Shown here: piece by piece, positions 1 to 13,519 of the stretch
How the letters are laid out: every line of letters starts with the position of its first letter
How positions within the stretch are numbered: the first letter of the stretch is position 1
From: Paraspadella gotoi
Taxonomy: Eukaryota > Animalia > Chaetognatha
Assembly: GCA_051294375.1 (NCBI GenBank)
Contig: CM119265.1
Coordinates: 27,481,835 to 27,545,834 of the forward strand
Reading direction: 5' to 3'
DNA: 64,000 nucleotides
Notes under the pieces: generated by a model
The model's input: the letters and a program-made list of their open reading frames with translations, nothing else
Told to the model about the DNA's origin: nothing
Database searches by the model: none
Translations under genes and position numbers: made by a program

Positions 1-144
1 GTTCATTCAGTTGAATGCGAAGAAGAAAATTAGACATTGATTACTTTGAATTAAAAAAATGAATTTTAATGTAAAAATATTAATTTAGTAATTGAGCTTA
101 GTAAGCTTAATAAGTGTTATTACTTCTCGTTCTACCTCTTTTTA

Positions 145-182
<38 letters not shown>

Positions 183-719
183 CTCTCCTTTCTCTCTCTC
201 TCTCTCCCCTCCCTCTCTCCCTCTCTCTCCCCATCTTTTCTATCTCTCTTTCTGCGGAATATCACAGGCGTAAGTCTCTCGCTTTATCGGCCTGATTCTC
301 TGCGCCTTATTTTTTCGTTTCTAATTCCTATGACTTTTGTTTTCATATATTTTCTTCTTATGATTACAATTTTATATATACAATTTTATTATTATGTACG
401 TATAATAATAATATGCGTAAACTTGGATTTTTTCTTTCATATTTGAATTTTTTTCAAACTTTTTATCAAATAGTACGATTACTTTAAATATAATTACTTT
501 AAATATAGAATAGACAAATCTCTATGTATGCCCAGCTGAAAATATCTCAACTGTCCGCAGGCAATGAAGGTGGCCACGAACCCCTAGGAATCAAAGAGAG
601 AGAGCTGGTTGAGTGAGAGAGCATTTGTCGTCGCGTTTGGACTTCTGTATCCACCTTCTCTTGTCTTATTGAACGAAAATATATCACGTTGAAAAAAACA
701 AAGACCAAACGCCAAGAAC

Positions 720-1989
720 TTTTTCCCAAATTGTGCGTCGCTCTCATGCACTGAAGCGTTTTGATATCTTCCCATTCCTTTTCGAACGCAGGCGTTGTCA
801 TCCTCGCAACGCCTCTTTGTGCGATGATCGCCAGCATACAAGGTCGAACGCCTCCACGCTTCATCGCTTCCGTGATGCCGATCCGGAGGTTTTCGGGCAG
901 CCTCGTACGGTCGGCGTCCCGAAAGCAAACAAGTTGTTCCACGTAAGAAAAATCGTGATATGATGGCGGTCAGCCGGACTTCCGGTGGAAGACCGTTCCA
1001 TAAGGGTACGGCCGTGATGCTGAAGCACGTAGCTGGCCACGTAGGGGACACTTATGCGCCGAAAAACGTGGACGATCATCTCCCCAATAGAACGAGAGGA
1101 CTTTCCATTGTTTCGTCTTCAAAACCACCAGAAGCGAAACACATGGGCGATCTTTTTCGTCGACCGGAAGCACTGATGAAGAATCCGGCGCACGTCGGAG
1201 TCGAGGGCAGATTTCGTGACGCGAAAGCGAGAAAGGACGCCAAGAAGATTATCATAGGTCGGGCCCGGTGAGAAGCTGATCGTTGAGGCTTGATCCGTCG
1301 CAAGACGCGCTTTGGCGTCATGGCAGACGCGATATTTTCCTGGCTTGTCAGCTCTCGTTGCGATATGAGTGGGCAAGCACCAAATTGGTTTCTCCCGTTC
1401 CGGGACTGCTGGATCATCTTCGAATCGCATGAACCTTCGTCGATGATTTCCTTGAACTGCTTAAGACTCCTCTTTGCGAAGCGGCTTCCGCCGCATCAAT
1501 TCCCGGGCTTTCAGGAGCCGCATCATGCCATCTCAGACGATTACATTTTGTTTCAGAATCTCCGCAGCCTTTTCCCGGCCTTCCTTCCAAGAGAAGCCCA
1601 ACCTTCCAATGTCCGACAGTCTCGTCGAACTGTATCGTCGACCGAAAGCTGCTCCAATGGCGAAGTCGTCTTGCACGCTTAGATTGAGGCTTCGCCGATG
1701 CAGCCGGCGGAAAATCCGCCTTCAAATAGACGCTGAATTTCGCGGCTTGAGCTGCTCAGTCGTCAACTTTGATACGGTGACAGGTCACTTGATGAATTCC
1801 CGTCCCGGCCGGCTCTGACGACCCTTGGCCGCGTGGCCGCCGATGGTCCATCCCCATTCGGTTTTTAAAGCGCAATGGGAAGCATCACTTACTTCCACGG
1901 CGAATCTCTCGCGTCTCTCCAAGTCCAGGTATATCGGCCGGGGGCGCCTGAAAAAAAGAAAATAAAGCCGATCTCTTTTCGTTGGAAGA
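720..1989 (-). mobile_element. Degenerate BEL/Pao LTR-retrotransposon pol fragment (post-protease region and RT)
   Basis: Pao motifs occur in order across frameshifts: ALKTEWGWTIGG, GHWKVGL, IWCLPTHI..KPGKYRVCHDA, GP..NLLGVLSRFR...ALDSDV, FRFWW, VHVF..YVASYVL, a YVDD-like remnant near 930-945, and EAMKRGG. The fragment is GC-richer than its flanks and cut by a gap. Confidence 0.85.
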
Positions 1990-2777
1990 NNNNNNNNNNN
2001 NNNNNNNNNNNNNNTCATATTTTTCTTCTTATGATTACAATTTTATATGTACAATTTTATTATTATGTACGTATAATAATAAATATGCGTACACTTTTTT
2101 CAACTTTTTATCATATCAAGGACGTGACCAAATAGTACGATTACTTTATATATATATATATACAGACATGGATCAATAACATTTAACATTTCCTATTTTG
2201 TTACTTGAAATTGATACAGATTTTCTCTTCTCCCCACAAATCCACCACACCGCTTCCCCCACAAAACTCTCCGCCCACAAAACCCGACCTTTTCTCTTCT
2301 CTTTTAACCACGAATCCCGTTTGTCTCTTTTTTCATTTTTCCACCGGTAGTAGCGCGGGAATCGATGCTCTCTCTCTCTCTCAGTCTCTTGAGTTCTTCT
2401 CTCTCTCGTCTCTCTCTCAGGCATCGTCCACAAGGAATTGTCGGGTTTTATGCCTTCACTTTGCGATAAGCAGCTTCATTCGACAAATGGCCTTAGAGGA
2501 GAAAGAGTTTTTTTTTTCCCAGACTATTGTCAGCCTCCCTCCCGCCGAAATTGAGAGATGCTTCCTGTTTATTACTCCCATTTGTCAATTTTTCTCGGCC
2601 TAAATTACAGATTTGTCCGACAAATAGGACACTCTAAAACCTTAAGTTGCGAATGTCGTATCCATGTATTATTAAAAAAAAAATAAATGTTAAAGAATTC
2701 ATAATCCAGTCATTTTAAGAACTACTCGACCCTCAACGCGTTAATTTCTCTCATTCTCTATCGTTCTATTTGAGCAT

Positions 2778-2815
2778 TTATTATTATTATTATTATTATT
2801 TTTATTATTTTTATT

Positions 2816-2883
<68 letters not shown>

Positions 2884-2910
2884 CATTATTATTATTATTA
2901 TTATTATTTA
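2778..2910. repeat. (TAT)n microsatellite
   Basis: Direct reading. Confidence 0.95.
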
Positions 2911-3406
2911 TACTTTATTATTTATACTTTATCATTTATTTGTAGTGAAAGAATCAAATGCGATTTTTTTTCCTGATTCTTTTGGGTGTCCCAATTTTTA
3001 TTGCGATATGTATGAGAAACAATAGGTTTATTTACATCTTTTGTCGTCATCTTTTTATCTATTAGCCTATATTGAATGAAATTCTTCAATTAAGAGATAA
3101 AATATATTCAATCAATCTATTCAATTTCATCAACATTATCAATTTTTATTGGTTAATTGTAAACTCAATCATTTACTTTTAAGCATTGGTCGACTTTATC
3201 ATCCCACGTGTAGCTAAATTCCTTTTTTTTTAAAGCTGTTGTTAGTCGCGTCTCTCCGTCAAATCCATTTAATTGGATGGTGAGACATTTCATGATAACG
3301 TCGACGCCTGGGGACGCAGGGACTTTCATATCACCGCAACTTCCGCATTAGTTTTAAGTTATTTTTAATTGAGTAAAAAAAACTTTATCTAAAAAAGGCA
3401 TCAATC

Positions 3407-3448
<42 letters not shown>

Positions 3449-4336
3449 AACTGATACGGAAACCTTAAAGATTTTCAAGATTTTCTTCGACGAATCCGTC
3501 AGAGTTGTTGTTGTTGTTGTTGTTGTCTTTCGATGTGGTCGTTAATTTCGTTTCAGACGTCATTGTTATTATAGTCGTTTTTGTCGTCGTATTGGTTTTC
3601 TCCTTCGTCGTCGTCGTCGTCGTCGTCTTCATCAATATCGTCATTATCGTTGTCTTCGTCGTCATTATCATCTTCTTCGTCGTCATTATCGTCTTCTTCG
3701 TCGTCATCTTCGTCGTCACTATCGTCTTCTTTGTCATCAGTATCGTTGTCTTTGTCATTATCGTCGTCATCTTAGTCGCCATTACCGTTATTGTCGTCGT
3801 CATCGTCATCATCTTTGTCATCATTATGGTCTTCTTCACCATCATTATCGTCTTCTTCGTCGTCNNNNNNNNNNTCGTCATTCTTCGCCGAAATCAAGCA
3901 ACATCCACGATCTTCTTCAAGGTCGACCTCGTCTTCTTAACTGGCTGCAGTTTCCGCCAACGTAGATTCACGTTTTTTCTTTCCATTTTTTTCTTTTCTT
4001 TTCTTTTCTTCCATTTTTTGTTTTGTTTTTCGGTTGTTCTTTTATTTTAATTTCTCTTAATTTAATGTGTATTAAAGTTATAAACTAATCCTTAACCCTT
4101 AATCCTTAATCCTGAAAAGAAATTAAAATATATTTAAGTTAAAATTAAATCCTGGCAAAAACTAACAAAAATGAGGCACTGTCGGAAAATAGAGCCCATT
4201 TCTTTTCCCTATCTCATCTTACTTCCAACAAGCGCTCACCCAAACGATCAACTTCACTCCCAAGCCATTCGTCCCTTTCACAGCCAAGATCCAAACCTAT
4301 AATCCACAGCCAACTGCCCACAGCAATAACCGTCCA

Positions 4337-4492
4337 TATCACTTAATCACATCACTAAACCACATCACTTAACCGCATCACTTAACCGCATCACTTAACC
4401 GCATCACTTAACCACATCACTTAACCACATCACTTAACCACATCACTTAACCACATCACTTAACCACATCACTTAACCACATCACTTAACCA
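4337..4492. repeat. 13-bp minisatellite (AACCACATCACTT)n
   Basis: About 11 near-perfect copies. Confidence 0.9.
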
Positions 4493-5180
4493 CCCTTTAT
4501 TTCTCTCTCTCTCCCGCAATCATGGGCCGATCGCCTCAACAAATTCCCTTTCATCCAAAATGTATATCGTCCGAAAAATTCCCCAATTTTTTCCTTCGTT
4601 GATTTAAAAAAAAAGACTCGATGCTATTTTGTTTGTTTTTTTTCGTTTCTCTTTTTTCATCGTTGATTTAAGAAAATCATGTTTAAAATCAGAATAACCA
4701 AAATTTACAAACCTTTTACAGATTACAGTCCTACTACGTTCTGTAATATTGGTAATATATTTTTGATATTAATAATATAAAAAAAATGTACAAACCAAAA
4801 TGTTGAGGTAAGAAAACACATAACTGACAATGTAAAAACTTTTAATTTCTTTCAGAAGGAATAAACCAAATAAGCAACTAATGTATTTTATTCTTGTTAT
4901 TTTTCCAATACGAAGTTTCACTTCTAAATGTAGGTAACGGTGTTTATATCGGGCAATGACAAACAAACATTTTTTCCCTAATTATTTGTTTCAACTTTCT
5001 CTCTCTCTCTCTCTGTCTCTGTCCCGCTCTCTCTTCCACCCTCTTCCTCTCCCTCTCTCAGCCCGTCCTCGCGTCTCCGCTCTCTCTCATCTCGCTTATC
5101 ATAATTGCCGCAAAAATTTCGCCTCTCTCTTTCTCGTCTCTCTATCTCTCTCTCTCTGCTCCTCGCTCTCTCTCTCATCT

Positions 5181-5211
<31 letters not shown>

Positions 5212-5305
5212 TTCGTCCTTCGCATGCGAGAAAATGGCCGCTTAAGCGATTCCCCTTTTACCCTCGTTCCTCACACTTTATCTACATGTTTTCCCACTCG
5301 GATTT

Positions 5306-5705
5306 TATTTTTAGTTACGACGGAGCAACTCTATAAGTCACTTTTTGGTCGGTCAGTCGGTCGGTTCGTCGGTCTGTCTGTTAAAATTGCATATAATTCA
5401 CCTATTATTACTTGCTCATTTGTTCAGATAGAAAAACCTACCTCAAATTTAAGGGACTGCTAGCGCCCGCCTTCCAGGTATCCTAAAACTATAAAGAAAC
5501 AAAAGACGTAATTCTGTAAGTGGCAGTTGGTGTCTGCATAAATACATGGGCTAATGAAAGTTATTGTAGTCATGGCTAGTCATGTTCATTTCAATGTCAC
5601 AGGTCATGTCATATCATATCCTCGAGAATACACATGATAAGGCGCAACAGATTTGAAATTACGTTTGTTGTTTTCTTATATTTCTGTTTCTTGTTTCTTT
5701 TGGCG
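5306..5705 (+). mobile_element. HINE-like dispersed repeat, family 2
   Basis: TTTTTAG...CTCTATAAGTCACTTTTGGTCGGTC, (GTCG/GTCT)n, CTAGCGCC-CCTTCAGG and (GTCAT)n. Related copies at about 30705-31010 (+), 34725-35080 (-), 22985-23245 and 8680-8817. Confidence 0.6.
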
Positions 5706-7706
5706 TTTTGTCTCTGGCAGTGATCATTCTCTCTCAACTTTCTTTCTGTCTGTCCTATCTCTTTCTATTTTCCTCTCGCCACCCTCTCGTCTGTCGTTCT
5801 CTCTCGTCTCTCTCATCTCTCTTCTACATCTCCCCTCTCTCTCTCTCTCTCTCTATAATGGTACAGCTCATTAACAATTCGATTGTTACTGTGTTAAAAT
5901 TTTCACGATTTTTGGAGCATAATATATACATAAATCAAACTAAATCACAATCTCTTTGACATCTCGTCATCTCTCTGCTTGCCTTCCTGCTCCTCTCTCA
6001 ATCTATCATCTCTTCTTTTCCGGTTCCCCATATTCCTGCTTCTCTCTCTCTGATCTCTCTCCTCTCCTCCTTCTCCTATCTCTGCTTCTCTCCTCCTCCT
6101 CTCTCTCCATGCTCGCTCTCTCTCTGTCTCGTCTTCTTTCTCTGCTCTTTCCCGCTTTATCTTAATTTCTTCTGTCTTTCTTCGCGACTTGCTCTGTTGG
6201 CCTTAACGGTCCGTTTTTTTCATTTTATTATTTTTAAAATCAGGTTTATCTTTTTTTTTTTAAATTATTTTTCGGCAATGAGCTTTTAATCTTTTTTTCC
6301 ATAATGTTGCCGTGATTTGGCTTGAAAATATACGTACCCGAAGGGACGCGAAGGTAAGACTGGGATTGAAAGAAAGAATGGAAAAAGAAAGAGGTGAGAG
6401 TGAAAAGGAAAAGAGAAAGGAGAAAAAGAAAACAAAAAGAGATAAAAGACAAGAATAGAGAAGAAAAGAAAAGAAAGCGAAGAGAAAAGAAAAAGGAGAA
6501 AAAGGAAAAGAAAGAAAAGGAGAAGAAAAAGGTGAAGGTGCGAAAAAAAAAAAAGCTCAAACCATGTCGAAATATTTCTGTCGTTCGAAAGATACCTCAA
6601 AATTTTTCGTGCGACGCTAAAGGTAAAGCGCAAACCATTACTGTTATTGGCTGCAGGGACCGATCATTAGTTGTCGAGATTCAGCACCGATAGCTTTTTT
6701 TGACGAAGTTCCGTGCTCACTTCATCTCACTCTCTCATGCTCATCTCTCTCTCCGTCTTCTCTCTCTCCTCTCTCCTCTCTCTCTCTCTCTCTCCACGAT
6801 CTTTCCCTCTCTACTTCATCTCTCCTCTCGATCTCCCTCATCTCATCTCTCTCTCTCTCTCTGCGTTCTGCGAGTCGCTCATCGCTGCGCTCGTCCGCCA
6901 CTCGGCTCTCGACGTCCGACTCTCTCCATCGAATCCTCGACTCGATCCGCCTCCGATTGCTCCTCTCTTCCTCTCTCTCTCTCTCCCCTCTTCTCAGCTC
7001 GTCACACAAGAGGTCCTTCGGTCATCGATCCATACACTTCTGTCAGTCTCTCTCTCTCTGCAACCGTGAGCAAACATGCCGAGGCAACAATAAAAAAAAA
7101 AAATGTTTCCCTGAGAACGGAACATGGCGACGATCATGAAGCGCAGAACAATGAAGAGAAATTTGTTTTCGGCGGGTCGCGGTGAATAAAGTTGCCGGCC
7201 TGATCGGGATGCAAATATGCATCGAGTTTATAATATTTTATCGCACTCGAGAGAAATCCAGTCGGGATGCAAATATTTCCCTATTAACCTTTTATCTCTT
7301 TTTCGCCCTAGATACGAAGACCTCGGAAGAGGTGTGACGAGAAGAAGAAAGAAGAAGAAGAAGAAGGATATAGAATTACCAGTCAGTTTACATTTACAGT
7401 TCTTAGGATATCCATTCCCATTTGTCTCTGAATCTGTTATTTATCTTTTAAAATATTTAGATTAAAATAAATGATGGTATTTTTAAAATTTTTCCTCTTC
7501 TTAGTTAATTTTTACATTTTTTTTCTGCAAGACGGCTGGCGGATAGACCCAGGACGGACCACAAAAGTTAGATATAGAGTCCGGCCAGGAGTGTTAGTGC
7601 TAAATGATACTAAACTGAATTTCATATATAATCAAGTACAATTTATGCTTTGTTATTTTTTGAAACGAGATCAACTGAACGCACCGCGCAGTCCGGGAGG
7701 AGAGAG

Positions 7707-7743
<37 letters not shown>

Positions 7744-8679
7744 AGAGGAGAGAAGAGAAGAGAGAGAAGAGGAGAGAGAGAGAGACAGAGGAGAGAAAGA
7801 GAGAGAAGAGAGAGAGAGAGTGAAAAGAACGATGTTGGCGCTCAGGTCTGAAATCGAACTCAATGAATTTGGCGCCATCCTAAGTCAAAAATGCACGCAA
7901 ATACAGCATGCCACCAGGCTATCCGCGCCCCGACCGCTTGATGGCTGCTGGCTGGCTGCCGCGCCGCCTCCGCGCGCCGACCCCGTCCGCCGCCTCCGTC
8001 CGCACTAGCGCCGCCGTCCGTCTTTTGTCAAACATGTTTGTGCACACTGGTGGCGCATACATGGATTTTCGCCGGAGCCCATTGAAAAAAGGTTGGTACA
8101 AAGGGCTCGAGCGAAGGGGTCGTGCAAGAGAAAGAAAGGAAGAAGGGAGAAACCATTTAGGGAAAGAGTTGAAGAAAAAAATAAGGAAAAAAGGAAAGAG
8201 AGAGAGTGGTGGGGAGAGAGGAAGAGAGAGAGAGAAAAGAGAGAGAGAGAGAGAGAAAGAGAAGAGAAAGAGAGAGGGAAAGAGAGAGAAAGAGGAGAGG
8301 TGAAAGAGAAATAGAAAGTGGTGAATAATGGTTAAATCGTGAGATAGGGAGAGAAAGCAAGAGAAAGACACCTGAGAGAACGGACGGACAAAGTGTATAA
8401 AGAGCAAAAAAAAGAGAAAAGGAAAGAAAGAGAAGAGAGAGAGAGGGAGAGAGGAGAGAGAGAGAGAGAGTGAGAGAAGATATAGCGAGACGGAAAGTGG
8501 CGAGAGGAGAAGAAATTAACAAAAATGGCGTACGTTGAAGAAATCAAAAAAAGCTTTAAGGTTTTTTATGAGGGCATATTGCATCAATTAGGGAGGAAGA
8601 GAGAGAGAGAGAGAGAGAGAGGAAGAGGAGAGAGTAGTAGAGGAGAGAGAGAGANNNNNNNNNNNNNNNNNNNNNNNNN

Positions 8680-9883
8680 ATGTAGTCATGTCATTTCATG
8701 TCACCTCATGTCATATCATGTTTCGAGAAATACACATGATAAGGCAGTTACTGCGGCGCAACAGATTTGAATTACGGTTGTTGTTTTCTTATATTTCTGT
8801 TTCTTGTTTCTTTTGCGNNNNNNNNNNNNNNNNNNNNNNNNNNNNNNNNNNNNNNNNNNNNNNNNNNNNNNNNNNNNNNNNNNNNNNNNNNNNNNNNNNN
8901 NNNNNNNNNNNNNNNNNNNNNNNNNNNNNNNNNNNNNNNNNNNNNNNNNNNNNNNNNNNNNNNNNNNNNNNNNNNNNNNNNNNNNNNNNNNNNNNNNNNN
9001 NNNNNNNNNNNNNNNNNNNNNNNNNNNNNNNNNNNNNNNNNNTTGCTCTGTTGTCTTAACGGTTCCGTTTTTCATTTTATTATTTTTAAAATCGTTTATC
9101 TTTTTTTTGTAAATTTTTTTCCTGACGCTTTATCTTTTTTCATAATGTTGCGTGATTTGGCTGAAAATACCCGAAGGGACGCGACAGGTAAGACTGGGAT
9201 TGAAAGAAAATGGAAAGAAAGAGGTGAGAGTGAAAGGAAAGAGAAAGAGAAAAGAAAACAAAAAGAGAAAAAGAAAAGAAAAAGAGAGAAAAGAAAAGAA
9301 ACGAAGAGAAAAGAAAAGGAGAAAAAGGAAAAGAAAAGAAAAGGAGAAGAAAAAGGTGAAGGTGCGAAAAAAAAAGCTCAACCATTCGAATTCTGTCGTT
9401 CGACTCAAAATTTCGCGCTAAAGGTAAACGCAAACCATTACTGTTATTGGCTCAGGACCATTTGTCGAGAATTCANNNNNNNNNNNNNNNNNNNNNNNNN
9501 NNNNNNNNNNNNNNNNNNNNNNNNNNNNNNNNNNNNNNNNNNNNNNNNNNNNNNNNNNNNNNNNNNNNNNNNNNNNNNNNNNNNNNNNNNNNNNNNNNNN
9601 NNNNNNNNNNNNNNNNNNNNNNNNNNNNNNCGTGACAAACGATGCCGAGGCAACAATAAAAAAATGTTCCCTTGAAAGAATCGAACTGGCGACGATCATA
9701 AGCGCAGAACATGAAAGAATTTTTCGCGGTCGCGAATAAATTGCGCCTTCGGGATGCAAATATCATCGAGTTTATCGCACTCGAGAGAATCGGGATGCAA
9801 ATATTTCCCTTTAACTTTTATCTCTTTTTCGCTACGAAGACTCGGAGAAGGTGTGACGAAGAGGAAGAAGAAGAAGAAGAAGA
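8680..9883 (+). repeat. Tandem duplicate of about 5570-7370
   Basis: 8680-8817, 9043-9475 and 9631-9883 match about 5570-5705, 6190-6680 and 7065-7370 in the same order, differing mostly by indels. Confidence 0.8.
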
Positions 9884-11961
9884 NNNNNNNNNNNNNNNNN
9901 NNNNNNNNNNNNNNNNNNNNNNNNNNNNNNNNNNNNNNNNNNNNNNNNNNNNNNNNNNNNNNNNNNNNNNNNNNNNNNNNNNNNNNNNNNNNNNNNNNNN
10001 NNNNNNNNNNNNNNNNNNNNNNNNNNNNNNNNNNNNNNNNNNNNNNNNNNNNNNNNNNNNNNNNNNNNNNNNNNNNNNNNNNNNNNNNNNNNNNNNNNNN
10101 NNNNNNNNNNNNNNNNNNNNNNNNNNNNNNNNNNNNNNNNNNNNNNNNNNNNNNNNNNNNNNNNNNNNNNNNNNNNNNNNNNNNNNNNNNNNNNNNNNNN
10201 NNNNNNNNNNNNNNNNNNNNNNNNNNNNNNNNNNNNNNNNNNNNNNNNNNNNNNNNNNNNNNNNNNNNNNNNNNNNNNNNNNNNNNNNNNNNNNNNNNNN
10301 NNNNNNNNNNNNNNNNNNNNNNNNNNNNNNNNNNNNNNNNNNNNNNNNNNNNNNNNNNNNNNNNNNNNNNNNNNNNNNNNNNNNNNNNNNNNNNNNNNNN
10401 NNNNNNNNNNNNNNNNNNNNNNNNNNNNNNNNNNNNNNNNNNNNNNNNNNNNNNNNNNNNNNNNNNNNNNNNNNNNNNNNNNNNNNNNNNNNNNNNNNNN
10501 NNNNNNNNNNNNNNNNNNNNNNNNNNNNNNNNNNNNNNNNNNNNNNNNNNNNNNNNNNNNNNNNNNNNNNNNNNNNNNNNNNNNNNNNNNNNNNNNNNNN
10601 NNNNNNNNNNNNNNNNNNNNNNNNNNNNNNNNNNNNNNNNNNNNNNNNNNNNNNNNNNNNNNNNNNNNNNNNNNNNNNNNNNNNNNNNNNNNNNNNNNNN
10701 NNNNNNNNNNNNNNNNNNNNNNNNNNNNNNNNNNNNNNNNNNNNNNNNNNNNNNNNNNNNNNNNNNNNNNNNNNNNNNNNNNNNNNNNNNNNNNNNNNNN
10801 NNNNNNNNNNNNNNNNNNNNNNNNNNNNNNNNNNNNNNNNNNNNNNNNNNNNNNNNNNNNNNNNNNNNNNNNNNNNNNNNNAGAGAGAGAGAGAGGAGAC
10901 AGGCAGCCAAGGAGCGACTTTCCAGAGACTTTCCGTAAGACGTGAAAAGTTGAAACTTGAAAAATGGAGAAGAAAGTCAGGAAGGTGGAAGCATTGTCGC
11001 TCAATGGGGGATGTTGAAGGGAGAAAGAGGGTTTTTGAAAGAAGGAGTGAGAGGCTGGATAAGTGTCCGCGTGAACTAAAAAGTGTGAACATATGTGAAA
11101 TTCTTTTTTATTATCGACATGAAAAGAAAAGAGAAGGGAATAAGAGAAAAGAGAAGTAGAAAAAATAGAAGAGAAAAAAGAGAAGAGAAGAGAAAATAAA
11201 AAAGAGAAGAAAATGAAAGAGAAGGGAACAAGAGAAAAGAAAAGTAGAAAAAAAAGAAGAGAAAAAAGAGAAGGGAAGAGAAAATAAAAAAAGAGAAGAA
11301 AATAGGAGAGAAGTTGAGAGAATGAAGCGTGAGAAATGGGAGGAACTGTTGGCGCGAAATGGATGGGAAATTGGACGGAATATGGGGCAAGAATATGGGC
11401 AGCGGGCGGCGGCGGCTCGGCGGCTTGCGGCGACGGGGGGCGACTGCGCTGCGGCGGCGGCTGGCGGCAGCGGTGGACGGAATAGAGAGAAATGAATGAG
11501 TGATACGACGTCACATCATCCGTTTTGGTCGAAAGTAAAGAAAAAGAAAAAAGAAAGAAAGAAGAATCATTTTTATCGCCAAAAAAAAAAAGAAAAAAAA
11601 GAAAAAGAAAAAAAGAAAGAGTTTCCTTTTTCTCTTTTTTATTTGGCGAAAAATCAGAAGTTTCATTGGTTTTTTAAGGAGCGAATTAGAAACAGGTTTA
11701 ATTTAATATTTTGTTTAGTTTTAAGTTATATTCTACTATTTTAGTATTTTACTCTTTCCTTTTTCGTCTGAGAGGAAAAACGGGATTTATCCTGTTCAAA
11801 AAGTTTTAGAAATGAGAGGAACAGAATATAAAATTATCCATTTATTCCCAAGAAAGGCAGAGAGAGAGAAAAAAACCAACAGAGAGAGAGAGCAGACCGA
11901 GGAGCACGAGACGAGAGAGAAGAGAGAGAGAGAGAGCAGAGAGAGAGAAGAGAGGAGAGAG

Positions 11962-12000
<39 letters not shown>

Positions 12001-12163
12001 TCGCGTACATAAAGCCGCTTTTAACTTAAGAATCGACTCAAATCTAAAGATTTTTCGGCTCAACAAAGTTAATGTCAACCATTAACTGTGGCGATTTAAG
12101 ATTTAAGTAGAAGACGACTTATATTCAATGTTAAGACGAGATTTAAATAACCAATAAGGGAGA

Positions 12164-12560
12164 ACTACCCCGTGTCCGTTCGCGAGTGACACCTAAAAAA
12201 TCTTTACTATACTTTAAATATTTAATAAACAATTAATAAGTATATAATTAGTTGGAGAACTACCAGACGTTTTTTATGTATAAGTTTCATTTCGTGTTTA
12301 ATTCATTTACTATTCTTTGTTTAATTTTTTATCTAACACAGTAAAATTGGCAAAAAAAACATTTTAGGTGTGTTTTTGATTAAACTAAAAATATTTATAT
12401 CATAAGAAATCCCTATTAATGGTCTAATCAAAGGCGTATTTCAATTATTGTTATGTTGAGTAATTTTTGAGTAATGAATGAGGAAAAAAAAATAAAAAAA
12501 TATTTATCCAATGAGAAATAGTATGCATTTGGTGTCACTCGCGAACGGAGACGGGGTAGT
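12164..12560. mobile_element. MITE with 30-bp terminal inverted repeats
   Basis: ACTACCCCGTGTCCGTTCGCGAGTGACACC matches the reverse complement of GGTGTCACTCGCGAACGGAGACGGGGTAGT at 29/30; AT-rich interior; superfamily unassigned. Confidence 0.82.
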
Positions 12561-13129
12561 CTCTCTTTTCTAAAAGCGCCACATTTCAATTCCTTGATTC
12601 TGGGATTTAATTTTAGCTTTGATATTTAATAATAATCTATTACTAAACCAATAACGTAATCTATATTCTTAGACTCTGACCCTTAACCCGACAACGCCAA
12701 TCCCTAATCTTGAACCCAATCCCTTAGCAATAACCTAATCTTTAACCCTTAGCTCAAACCCCATCTGGGAAAATAAGGCTGGAGAACGATCGGTGCGATG
12801 ATGACAACGACGACAACGACAACAACAACGACGACGACAAGGACAAAGTACGAAAAATCTTTGGCAAAAAAAAGGGGCCAACGACTTTCTCAAGGTTTCC
12901 AATCGTTACAGAATGAATCAAAGATTTCGCCGAATTGTATATCTAGCGGAAAAATGGGTCATTAGATTAGGAGGGAAAGACGGGGCGGGCGGGTGTGAAC
13001 TGGGAAGTGATCTGGTTTGACGCTTTGGAATTTGGTAAGTAAAGTTTGGTAAGTAAAGGTTGAACGGGTGGGTTCATTAGCGGAACCACTTGGCTGTTGA
13101 AGACACGATCGAGCGAATGATTTGAAATT

Positions 13130-13262
13130 AATAAATAAATAAACGAGACTGTGAGAGAGTCTCGATTGAAAGCTTGCTATGTCATTATCTTGTAAGAGCG
13201 ATGGAGGCCTTAAACCACCAAGCCTGTCCAAAGTCAGGGGCAAGATAGCTTATTTATTGAAT
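13130..13262. repeat. Dispersed repeat family (CCCTGACTTTGGACAGGC...AGGCCTCCATC...ACAAGATAATGACATAGC)
   Basis: Copies at about 29040-29170 and 39555-39700, with fragments at about 32830, 40860 and 45080, in both orientations. Confidence 0.75.
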
Positions 13263-13340
13263 GAATGGATAATTTTTATATTTTTGGCACCAATTTCAAA
13301 TATGAATAATATTCAAACAAACAAACAAAGAGAAAGAGAA

Positions 13341-13386
<46 letters not shown>

Positions 13387-13519
13387 AGACTTATTAGGTG
13401 ATTAAGAATTTTTATACAAAAGGGGAGCGAAATTTCTCAGCTCACGATCGCTGGTGAATTCAGCTGAATTAAATTCGTTGAAGCGAAAGACGAATCTGAG
13501 AAAGACTGAAGCAAAGCGT

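Noticed and set aside
3465-4050. Val/Ile-rich, Thr-rich or Asp/Glu-rich ORFs (also 60840-61110)
   Set aside because: Degenerate (GAC/GAT/GAA)n trinucleotide repeat; the acidic frame contains a stop and there are no exon boundaries.
9696-11514. 300-560 aa ORFs
   Set aside because: Open only because they run through N gaps.
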